Assembly (NCBI RefSeq): GCF_000143415.4 | Contig: NW_003314353.1 | Location: 123,483-187,482 of the forward strand | From: Selaginella moellendorffii | Lineage: Eukaryota > Plantae > Lycopodiophyta | Direction of reading: 5' to 3' | Length of the DNA stretch: 64,000 bases | Shown: one piece after another, positions 49,525 through 59,299 of the stretch | How the letters are laid out: each line of letters starts with the position of its first letter | How positions within the stretch are numbered: the first letter of the stretch is position 1 | Made by a program: the position numbers and the translations under genes | The notes under the pieces: generated by a model | Told to the model about the DNA's origin: nothing | Database searches by the model: none | What the model saw: the letters and a program-made list of their open reading frames with translations, nothing else

Positions 49525-52391
49525 ATGGCGGAGCTCAAGACGGAGGCCTCGGCGCGTCCTCACGCGGATCGCGATCGCAATTGTGAGTTTCTAGCTGATT
49601 CTCGGGAGGATCCTAGTTCTCGGGTGGAAGAAGAAGGTGTAGGGCTAGATTCTAGGAGGGATGATGTTCGCAAGGATGAGCAGCTTGATTTGGAGCGCGC
49701 CTCGGTAGCTCCTGGTGCCAGTGACGCTGAGGAGGACAAGAATGTCGAGGTAGTGAGGAGGGTAGATGGTCCTGGAATTGATCAAAAGGAGGGAGAAAGG
49801 AGGCTTCATGGAGAGAAGAAGGTCGAGGATGATTTGAATGAGGGAGAGAAAAACATCCAGGACGATGGAAGTGAGGAAGAGAAGAAGCTCGAGGATGAGA
49901 GGGAGAAAAAGATCCAGGAAGAGAAGAAGCTCGAGGATGAGGGAGAGAAAAAGATCCAGGAGGAAGAGGAGAAGGTCGAGGATGATCGAAGTGAGAGAGA
50001 GAAAAAGATCCAGGACGAGCAAGAGAAGAAGATCGAGGATGATCGAAATGAGGGAGAGAAAAAGCTCCAGGACGATGGAAGTGAGGAAGAGAAGAAGCTT
50101 GACGAGAAGCTTCAGGACGATCTAGAAATCGCTGGGAGCCAGGAGGAAATGTCGATGGAGGCTGCAGGTGACCCGACCAAGCCAAAGATCTTGCGGACGT
50201 TTGAGAGGAGGAAAAAGCCAATGAAGGTGTTCGAGAGAAGGAAGAAGAAGGTAGATGGTGAGGCTTCGGGTGGGAACGAGGACAGTGAGAAGAAGGAGGC
50301 CATAGATGCTGAGAAGAAAAAACTCAAGAGGCCGAGGCCGGATGATGGTGAGGATACAAAGCTGGCGCAGGAGGGCAAAGTCGCGAAGAAACCGAAGGAA
50401 GGAAAGCAGCGCAACCTGAAAGAGAAGCTAAGGGAAGAAAAACAGAGCACTTCCAAGGAGCAGTCAAAGGAAGGGAAGCTGAAAAACGTGAAGCAGACCA
50501 AGAAGCTGTTAAAGTGTCAGTCCGATGGCTCAAAGAAGGAGTCGGGCGATGCAAATGGTTTATCGAGCGAGCGTAAAAGAACTCAGGACAGCGAAAAGAA
50601 AAAGGTCGAAAAGAAGAGATCGAGTGATGCTGACATTAAGGATACAAAGCAGGCGAAGAAGAACAAGGCCTCGAAGGAGACGACGGAGAAGCAGGACATT
50701 TTGAAGGAGCAGCTGAAAGAAGGGAAAAAGGAGACGCTGAAAGAAGGAAAGAAGGAGAAGCTGAAAGAAGGATTGAAGGAGAAGGAGAAGGAAAAGTGGA
50801 ACGATGTGAAGATCAAGGATCGGCCGAACCTGTTCAGGTCCCAGTCCAATGATTCAAAGAAGGAGGCGAAAGTGTCTACTTCCAAAGAATCGAGCGACGG
50901 CAAAAGACCTGAGGTGGAAGATGCTAAAAAGCCCCTGAAGACTCTTCATGTGGAGCCCGAGGCCCTGAATAATGCGTTGGAGGCAATCTCTACTCCGGTT
51001 TCGAGGCTTCTTGACGGTGGAGGTTCAAACAAAGTTCGTGAAGCGTAAGTACAGTTTTTGTCACATTCTACAACCCTTGTTCTGACTGGTTTTTGCTAAT
51101 TCACAGTTACGAAGCTGCGAAAGAATTGAAGCAGCGTCGCCTAGCCCTGAAAGAGGAAACGGCGTCGGCATCCATGAAGTTTCTGAAAGCAGCGGCTGAA
51201 TCAAAGCAGCAAACGCAATCGGACTCGCCTGTTTTCAAGGAACCTACACCGGACAATACAAGTCCCGCCGAGAAAGAGAAGCATGGAAGCGACGCTAAGA
51301 AACTCAAGGAAAGGGAGAAAGGAATAGCGCTGGAGACTTTCCAGGGGATGCTTGAAACGCTCACGCGAGCCAAAGAGAGCATTCAAAAAACTACGCTCTT
51401 TGCGATGGATTGCGCAAACAAAGGAATCGCCAAACAGGTATGGTCTTGGTTTTACGTTCCATGGCTGACGGACGGTTTTACCAACAGGTCATGGATGCTA
51501 TAATGCGCAAACTTAAGAGGGAACGCGAACACAAGAAGCGCGTAGATTTGTTGTTCTTGGTGGATTCCATGGCGCAGTATCATCATCACAAAGGTGGAAG
51601 TTTGTTGTCAGAGTTTTACAAGATTCTGACTCCGTGATGGTCTCCAGGTGGACCGGATTATGCTTCTATCGTGGAAGGCTGTCTTGCTCGTTTCCTGACT
51701 GCCGTCGCTCCTCCAAACAGCCCCTCGGAAAATCGCCAGCAGTGTGTGAAGGTAAACTTCGTGTGCTTTCTTTCCACCGTGGCTTGAGTCGTTTCCATCA
51801 GGTGGTGAACTTGTGGGTGAAGAGGAACATCATGAAAGAAACTCTCCTCAAGGACACCATCGCCAGGCTCGGCATGGAAGCTGGTCTCAACACCACGCAG
51901 CGGCAGTACCAGCGTCACGACCGTGCATTCCACGATCCCATGCGTGAGATGGGCAGTGACATGCTTGTGGACGAGTACGGCAGGTATGGCTCACAAGCGT
52001 TTCTCTTTCACACTCCCGAGGCATGGCTGACGTTTCCTTGTGGGCTTGTAGCAACACAAGCTTTCAGCTCCCTGGATTTCTCGTCCGGAGGGACGACGAG
52101 GAGGACGAAGAGATGGAGATGGAGATGGAGATAGGAATGGATGTGTCTCCGGTGAAAGACCATAAGCTCCAGGTGGCTATGGAGGAAGCGGCAGAGCCCC
52201 AAAACGGTAGGACCCTTATGGTGAAAAGAGGCGTAGAGAGGCTTGCGCCGCTACCAACGTCGCCACCACCATCGCCCCCGCCGCTACCAGCGATGCCACC
52301 GCCATCTCCTCCTCGGCCTCCGAACTCGCCGCCCCCGCCATACCCGTCGACCACGATCCAGCAAACTTGGCAGCAGCATCGACGGCAGTGA
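49525..52391 (+). CDS. HUA2/HULK-like protein with CID (RPR) domain and Pro-rich tail; long charged low-complexity N-terminus
   Basis: FQGMLETLTRAKESI..AMDCA..RVDLLFLVDSMAQ..ENRQQCVKVVNLWVKR..DPMREM..MLVDEYGSNTSFQLPGF..PPPSPPPLP. Confidence 0.88.
49812..50120 (+). repeat. Coding tandem repeat (EKKI/LQDD..EEEKKLEDE units)
   Basis: Repeated GAGAAAAAGATCCAGGA / GAGAAGAAGCTCGAGGATGA blocks in exon 1. Confidence 0.8.
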
Positions 52392-53006
52392 TTACCTTCC
52401 TCCTCGTATCTTGTAAAAAAAAAAATGGAAACCGGTGGTAAGTATGAACTCGTGCTAAGTTCTCGGCGGTCTAACGGAGTGCTACAGGGGCTGGTTCTTC
52501 CTTTCTATATACTCGAATCGCTCTCTCGTTTTTAATCCTGGGAAGAGATATCAGATGCGAACGAAGTGATATCTATCCGATCATTTTGCAACGCCGCGAT
52601 GAGATGATGCTTTGCGGTAAAATCCCAGGGACCAATCCTTTTTTGTACTTGACTACTGTTAAACGAATATTCAGTCAAAGTCAAAGGGATATGCTTCTTG
52701 ATTCGAAAGAGAGGTATGGCTTCTCGCACACTACTTTTTAATTTTATCGACTGACAAAACCGTTCCCTGTAGTGATCAAAAGAAAGCCGCGCGTTTGCAC
52801 GTAAAAGAGAGAGTACTGTGCTTATATATGGTACGGGGGAAACTTGGCACGCACAAACTGCGTGGAGGGCTTGTTTATATACGAACTGAACGTGAACAAG
52901 TCTCAAGCGTGAACGTAACAGGTCTGTGTCTGGCTGTTTCAAGTTATCTACTGATTGTTTTGTTGCGTTCCTTAGCTACATTGATGGATCAGATCATATG
53001 AACAAA

Positions 53007-53149
53007 CTTGGCGAGCGAAACGCTTGAGCTGAGCACGAACTAGTGCCGTGGTCCTTTTGGCTCCGTGAGGAGTGAAGTGAGCTTCACTGCTAAGCGGAGC
53101 CAAAAGCTCTGCGGCACTAAGCTTGTCTGCAAAGCAAAGCGCTCGCAAG
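53007..53149 (+). ncRNA. Candidate MIRNA precursor hairpin
   Basis: Long fold-back: TAGTGCCGTGGTCCTTTTGGCTCCG (53041-) pairs with CGGAGCCAAAAGCTCTGCGGCACTA; inner stem AGTGAAG/CTTCACT; basal stem CTTGGCGAGCG/CGCTCGCAAG; TATA-like TTTATATATA near 52874; intergenic. Confidence 0.7.
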
Positions 53150-53864
53150 ACACCAGTCGGCCATTCAACACGGCAGGATCGGCGATTATGCTGCTACTAG
53201 AAGAAGAGAAAAAAAGAGTGGAGCACGAAAGTACAGACATTCTGGTGATCACATGGAGAAGACGTCAGCTGCGTGCGAGTTAGGAAGAGTCATGTGGAGG
53301 GTGTCTTTAAGGTACTGCCATCAGATTCGCTTCATTAGTTAGACAATCGTTGGCAGTTTGCGCCGGTTTGTTTTGTTTTAGCTCTATTTTATCCTTGCGA
53401 TCTTGCCGTTTCTTTCATTGTCTGAGCGTGATCTCTTTTGGTCCTCAGGCACAACTCGCTGGATTTGTATGATACTCCACCGTGGTACCACCGGTTGCGT
53501 GAACTTTACCACCGTTTGCCATTAAAGCTGTGGTGTCGCAGGGAATAGTAAGACGGTGGTGTTTTCCTTGTTGGGCTTTTGGTTTGCTTGCTGTGGCTTT
53601 TGTTATTCTTTTCCAGGCTTTTTTTTTCGTAGTGAATTGATTCGTTCTGTTTTCATGGTATTGTTTGGTAGCTGCTTATACTGGGTCTTTGGTGTCGACT
53701 AACTACCTCTCTCCACCCATTTGATCTGGTGTCAGGTCTCAATCAATTCACTGTGGATCTGTTCTTTGTATTTAAGGACAATGGCTATACGAACACTCTT
53801 ACAGCTCAAAGGTGAAGCTAAGCTAGCTCTTCTCTCTCTTCTCTCTCGCGGTTCTTTCGACACA

Positions 53865-54828
53865 ATGTGAGTGAGAGAGGATTGTTGTAAAGCTTGTTTT
53901 CTCTTCCCTGTCGGCTAACGACATGATGAATTCATGGTATTCCAGGTCGCCAGTTCTCGCTGCTCTTGGTTTTCTTCTCCACTGTACGCTGTTCCAGTTC
54001 GCTCAGGGACAAGGGTGGACAAGCGCTCATGCAACTTTCTATGGGGGAAGCGATGCAGCAGGGACAATGGGTACGTAATGCGTGAAGTTTTCTACAGTGA
54101 AGAGTTATAATATATGTGTGATGCTCTTCTTTTGTTTGTAGGTGGAGCTTGTGGTTATGGTAATTTGTACAGCCAGGGATACGGCAACAACAATGCCGCA
54201 CTGAGCACTGCTTTGTTCAACTCTGGATTGAGCTGTGGTGCGTGCTTTGAGATCCGGTGTGACAGTGCTGCCGATCCAAGATGGTGCATTGCCGGGACTT
54301 CCGTTGTTGTCACTGCAACCAACTTCTGCCCTCCAAACTACGCTCTCGCAAACAACAACGGAGGATGGTGCAACCCTCCACTGGAACACTTCGACATGGC
54401 GCAGCCTGCGTGGGAGCAAATTGGCATCTACAGGGGAGGCATTGTTCCCGTCCAATACAGAAGGTAAAGTCGAAAGCCTTTAAAAGCCGCTCATAACTTT
54501 TTCTCGTTTGGTGGATAACAGAGTCAGCTGCGTCAAGAAGGGAGGAATCCACTTCACAATGAACGGCCACACGTATTTCAATCTGGTGCTCATCAGCAAC
54601 GTTGGCGGAGCCGGCGACGTGCACGCCGTGTCCATCAAAGGCTCCGGCACCGGTTGGCAAGACATGAGCCGGAACTGGGGACAAAACTGGCAGAGCAATG
54701 GCCAGTTCCAGGGGCAGAGCCTCTCGTTCAAAGTCACCACGAGCGATGGCAAAAGCGTGGTCTCCATGGACGTGGCTCCCGCCGACTGGCAGTATGGACA
54801 AACCTTCGAAGGGTCCCAGTTTGATTGA
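53865..54828 (+). CDS. EXPA: Alpha-expansin (start codon probably split by an intron; alternative in-frame ATG at 53923)
   Basis: [37 protein letters not shown] motif, [19 protein letters not shown]. Confidence 0.96.
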
Positions 54829-55992
54829 AAAGTACGTTGTTTTTCTCTGGAGCTTTTCTGGTTCGTCCTGTACTTATGGCTGGCTGTGTTGCAGGGATGG
54901 AAGGAAAGAGATGGAAGAGATGAAAGACATGCTGGAAGATGGAAGAGGAGGTAAAAGTTTCATTACATTCATGGAGGAAACGAAGAGCGTAGAGGGTCTA
55001 GAAAGGATGGGTTTTTAGCGCAGATTTGAGGATGGGGATGAGATGAAGAAACGACGGCCAACCTCCCCGCCGCTGGAAGAGATTTTAGAGATTCTAGAGA
55101 AGCTCGAGGAACAGTTTGCAAAGTCCAAATCGAGCAGACGAGCTCCACCACGCTGTCGGGAGTTTGCAAAGAGTCACGGGGAAAAATAGAAGATAAAAGG
55201 AAACGAGGCGAGCGTTATGAAGCTCTTGTGCACTGCATCGAAACCAAAAGAGAAAAGCTTTCTTAAGAGTTTGCGAGCTTCAGTCCAAATGTATCTAACT
55301 GACAGCTTTAAAATCGAGGAGCGGGTTGTGCTTCTCACATGTTGTTCTTGTTTGTTGCCCCACGATGGGCCTTAAAATAATGGGTGGCGATTTTTCTGGT
55401 CATGGGTCGTGTGAAACATAAAGGAACACTACACATGGCTTTGGGATCTGTTTGAAACGATGAAAGGCCGTGAGGAATATGGAAGATTTCAAGTGTTTTT
55501 CTATTCTTGGACGTAAGATCGGAAAGAGACCTTTGCTTGAAGTTCAAAAGATCACTGCATTTACATTGACAACTTGTTTTCAAGTGCAAATTTGATTATT
55601 GCAAGTTTTGAAGAGCTTGTGCGTTGAGGAGGGCAATTTTCAAGCAAACCACCTCTAAGATTCCTCCGCAAGCTGGGCTTATTTTTTTCATATGTACAAA
55701 ACGGCCATCTTCTTCAATCGTCGGATCGTTGCTCCTAAACTTTTAAAAACTCATTAGCAGCAGCAGGCTCCACATTTGCAAAGCTCTTGCATGCTGTGAA
55801 ATCCAACCAATCAATGGCAAACTCAATCGCCCATCAATCCTGTTGTCAAGAGAAACTCTCCCTAGAATCGCTCCTCGCCATGAACTCTACCACCTTTCCT
55901 ATCCCACCTGATCTTAGAAACTACGAAAGAATCAAAAGAACCACTCCATGAGCCGCGCAATGTCATGAGAACCACGAGAGTTGACCCGCAAA

Positions 55993-57131
55993 CTAGAACT
56001 GCTCGCCCTCGAACGTCTGCCCATACGCCCAGTTTGCCCCGGCGACGTTGTAGGCGATGGTGGTTTTGCCATCGCTGGTTGTGACCTTGAAGGAGAGGGC
56101 CTGGCCGCCCAGGAGAGCGTTGCTCTGCCAGTTTTGGCCCCAGTTGCGGCTCATGGGGATCCAGTCGGTGCCCGAGCCTTTGATGGAGACGGCGTGCACG
56201 TCCCCGGCACCGCCAACGTTGGTGATTAGCACCAGGTTGAAGTAGGCGTGGCCGTTCATGGTGAATCGGATGCCACCACTCCTAGAGCAAGAGACTCTGC
56301 AAGAAAACCAGGAAACTTTTCTTAGTTTGGAAAAAGAAGAGATCCAAGAGAGAGGAAGATGGATGAAGTCAAGTCAGTTTGAAAGAATCTAAACTCTAAA
56401 GAGACTGGCAAGAGAAACAGTAAGGTAGAAAAGCTTTCTGGACACCAAACGTGAGCAGCTCCCGAGTTCAGACAGAAAGTGAAGGTGGGTCTCAGAAAAA
56501 CTCCAGGAAACGCTCTGAAAGAACAGGGGACAAGATGTCGGACAGTGAGGGGGATGGGGTGTCAAAGTTCAGACGACATACTCAAAATGGGAACAGAGGT
56601 GACTGGATTTCTACCTTCTGTAGGAGATGGGGACAATCCCAGCAGAGTATTGTGCAATCTTGAGAAATGCAGGCTGGGCCATGTCAAAGTGCTGGAGGGG
56701 GGAGTTGCACCAGCCCCCATCGTTGCTGGGTTGGGAACTTGGAGGGCAGAAGTTTGTGGCTGTGACAACCACAGAGCCTGGGAGGCACCACTTGGGATCA
56801 CTGCCACTTGCACACTTGACTTCAAAGCAGGCTCCGCAGCTCAGCCCATCTTGAAACAGAGCAGTGCTCAATGCTGCTGTGTTGGTGCCATATCCAGCAC
56901 TCACCAAGTTTCCATAGCCACAGGCACCACCTGGAACAAATAGAAACCCAATATGTTAAAATGTTGGAGGGAAAGGATTTGAAGATTTTTACCCATTGTG
57001 CCTGCTGCATTGGATCCACCATAAAAGGTCGCATGGGCATCAGTCCAACCACTTCCATAGCCACCACCATGGACTACTCTGCTTAGCAAGAGTGCCATGA
57101 AGATCTTGAAAGAGGCAGAAAGGCTGGCCAT
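55993..57131 (-). CDS. EXPA: Alpha-expansin (convergent paralog)
   Basis: [48 protein letters not shown]. Confidence 0.96.
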
Positions 57132-58395
57132 GGAAACTGGAAAGGTCACTCGTTTAAAACTAGCTTTAGCTACAGGGAGGCTGCTCCTCCACAAACAAAC
57201 GAATGAATGAATGAAGGGACTGCTGCAAATGTGTGAGGCTTATATAAGACTGGGCTAAACAACCACAGATTTTGTCAAACTTGCTGAGCTAGTTTATTTG
57301 GTTTTCTTCTTGGGTGTTTGGTTTGGGGATGTGTGTCAGCACATGATGCTACAGTATCCAAGGTCCCGCCTTCCCTCTTTTCAAGTCGCTGACACCCATG
57401 TAACACCAAGCTGTTCAACTGCAAGCCATCTTTGATGCCATTTTGCTACATTGACAATTGTCCTCTAGCACATTTGTCTTTGAAAACTTTCTTGGCCCCA
57501 TGATCAACTGGGCATAATCTCAAAACTGTTTCCATGCAGCAAGAAAGTGACTCGCCATCCATCTCAACTAATAACTACTGAGGAACAAGAAGATCTTTGG
57601 ATCAGCTGTGCAGAGCTCCAATCATCCCTGCTGCAATGCCATCTATTCATCCACACATCACCATCAGGAACATTTCTCCTGTCAAAAAAGAAATTTCTTC
57701 CTTTTCTCTTTTGGTTTTTTTGAAGTTTTATAAAAAGTGGAAAAAAAAGAGAGAGGCCATGTTGGCCCATGTGGGGTACCTGTTCACTTGACTGCCACAA
57801 TGCAACCACATGGGGATGTCAGTAATTGTCTTCCATTTTCCCAAAAAAAACCCTCTGGGCTTCCTCCCAAGAAACTCTCCTCTTTGCAATGCAGCTGTGC
57901 AGTTTTTTGGGTGGGGGTCCAGTCAGTGAGTTCCATGAATGAGAGAAAAAGAATCAGACAGTCTGGGTCTGGGCAATTGCAGAAGCTTCAAAACTTAGCC
58001 TATGCTCCTTCAAGTTATAATCTGAAACTTTGAAGCTTGATGGTAGATTCCATTCACAGAGGCCTTGTTTGTTTTTTCGCTCGGGGTGGAAGAAGTACAT
58101 CACAGACAAAACGTCATGTCCTATTTGCACTGCACGATTTCAAAGAAACAATAGTATAACAATGTTTAAGTTGACGAATCCGATCAAACTCGAACATGTT
58201 ACTGAAAGTACTCTTGTTTTAGGAGATCAAGAACGATCAGTGAAAGTCATAAACGTTTTAATCTCAACTAGCTCTTTGACTACATTGTCTTAAGTAGATT
58301 AAAAAAGCATAGCAAATCTAACAAGAGCATATGAGATTCAAGTAAGCTCCAGAAAGTATAATTGCAGGTGTGTAGTTTTTCTTACATCGTGGTTG

Positions 58396-58938
58396 TCAAG
58401 GGATACAAGATCGATTTATGTAGTCTTTGTTTACGTCGTGGTTGTTTCCATCAAGCAAGGGAATTATATCTCCTTGGAACTTTCCTTCCTTCCACTGCTT
58501 GAGCGACGGCCTCAAATCCTCCAGCCCCGCGATCCCTTCCAGCAGCGGCAGCAGCTTGATCAAATGCCTCTCGCGCTCTTCCTCCTCCATGCTCCACTCC
58601 GAAAAAGGCACGATCGCCAAGCCATTCTCCTCATTGCTCGCAAACGTCAGTGGGTTGTCATCTATGGCCACCACTCTCGTCAAATCCTGCCCCAGAATCA
58701 CCAGGGGCTTGGTGCCCCGGACGCAGGAATTGCAATAGAACCGGCGTGCGATGCTCACTTTGAGAATGTGGTCGATGATCCGATCCGCGCGCTCCTGGTT
58801 GCTGGACGTGAAGATGACGATCTCGTAGAGCTTGCTTACTCTGGCCAGGAATTCATCCAGCCCCGGCCGTTTGGTCGCCCTTCCATACACTAGCGTGTTG
58901 TCAATGTCTAGCACAAGCGTAGGCTTGGTGCACGCCAT
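58396..58938 (-). CDS. FCP1/SCP-like (NIF family) HAD phosphatase, intronless, 180 aa
   Basis: LVLDIDNTLV (DxDxT), KRPGLDEFL, YEIVIFTSS..YAD-like RADRIID, KPL..LGQDLTRVVAIDDNP, NGLAIVPF; telo-box AAACCCTAA just upstream. Confidence 0.85.
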   Translation of the reverse strand: MACTKPTLVLDIDNTLVYGRATKRPGLDEFLARVSKLYEIVIFTSSNQERADRIIDHILKVSIARRFYCNSCVRGTKPLVILGQDLTRVVAIDDNPLTFASNEENGLAIVPFSEWSMEEEERERHLIKLLPLLEGIAGLEDLRPSLKQWKEGKFQGDIIPLLDGNNHDVNKDYINRSCIP

Positions 58939-59165
58939 AGCCCTAAACCCTAACCATGAACCAGGAATATCCTCCAATTCCCGCCAATTTCAAACTCTTG
59001 TGTGAGAGAGAACACTTCCGAAAGCCTTGCCTCAAAAGTAATTATCTTCCCCAAATTGCTGTGGAGGATCCAAGCAATTTGTGCTGGTCCAACTTGATGC
59101 ACTGCTTGGTACGATGTTTGGAAACTGTTGGACACCATGTAAATGGACAAGATTGATGTTCAAAT

Positions 59166-59238
59166 GACCTCATGGCCCAATGGATTAGGTGCTGGTCTAC
59201 AGAACCAGAGATTCTGGGTTTGATCCCCAGTGAGGTCG
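59166..59238 (+). tRNA. tRNA-Arg(ACG)-derived gene with anticodon now ACA; probably a pseudogene
   Basis: 73 nt; acceptor GACCTCA/TGAGGTC, anticodon arm CTGGT-CTACAGA-ACCAG, T arm CTGGG-TTTGATC-CCCAG; CAA upstream and T4 downstream; body matches the plant Arg-ACG type apart from CpG transitions. Confidence 0.85.
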
Positions 59239-59299
59239 AACCCAGTATCTCTTTTGCCATACATGCATCTGAGCAAAATCTGTCGAGGAAGATGAGACA

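Noticed and set aside
49645-50903. Several long antisense and alternate-frame ORFs over the HUA2-like exon 1 (also over the tubulin, CLC and expansin exons)
   Set aside because: Shadow ORFs from low-complexity or GC3-rich coding sequence.
52532-53283. ORFs of 68-136 aa in the HUA2-expansin spacer
   Set aside because: No recognisable domains and mostly non-ATG starts; the region is better explained by the hairpin locus.
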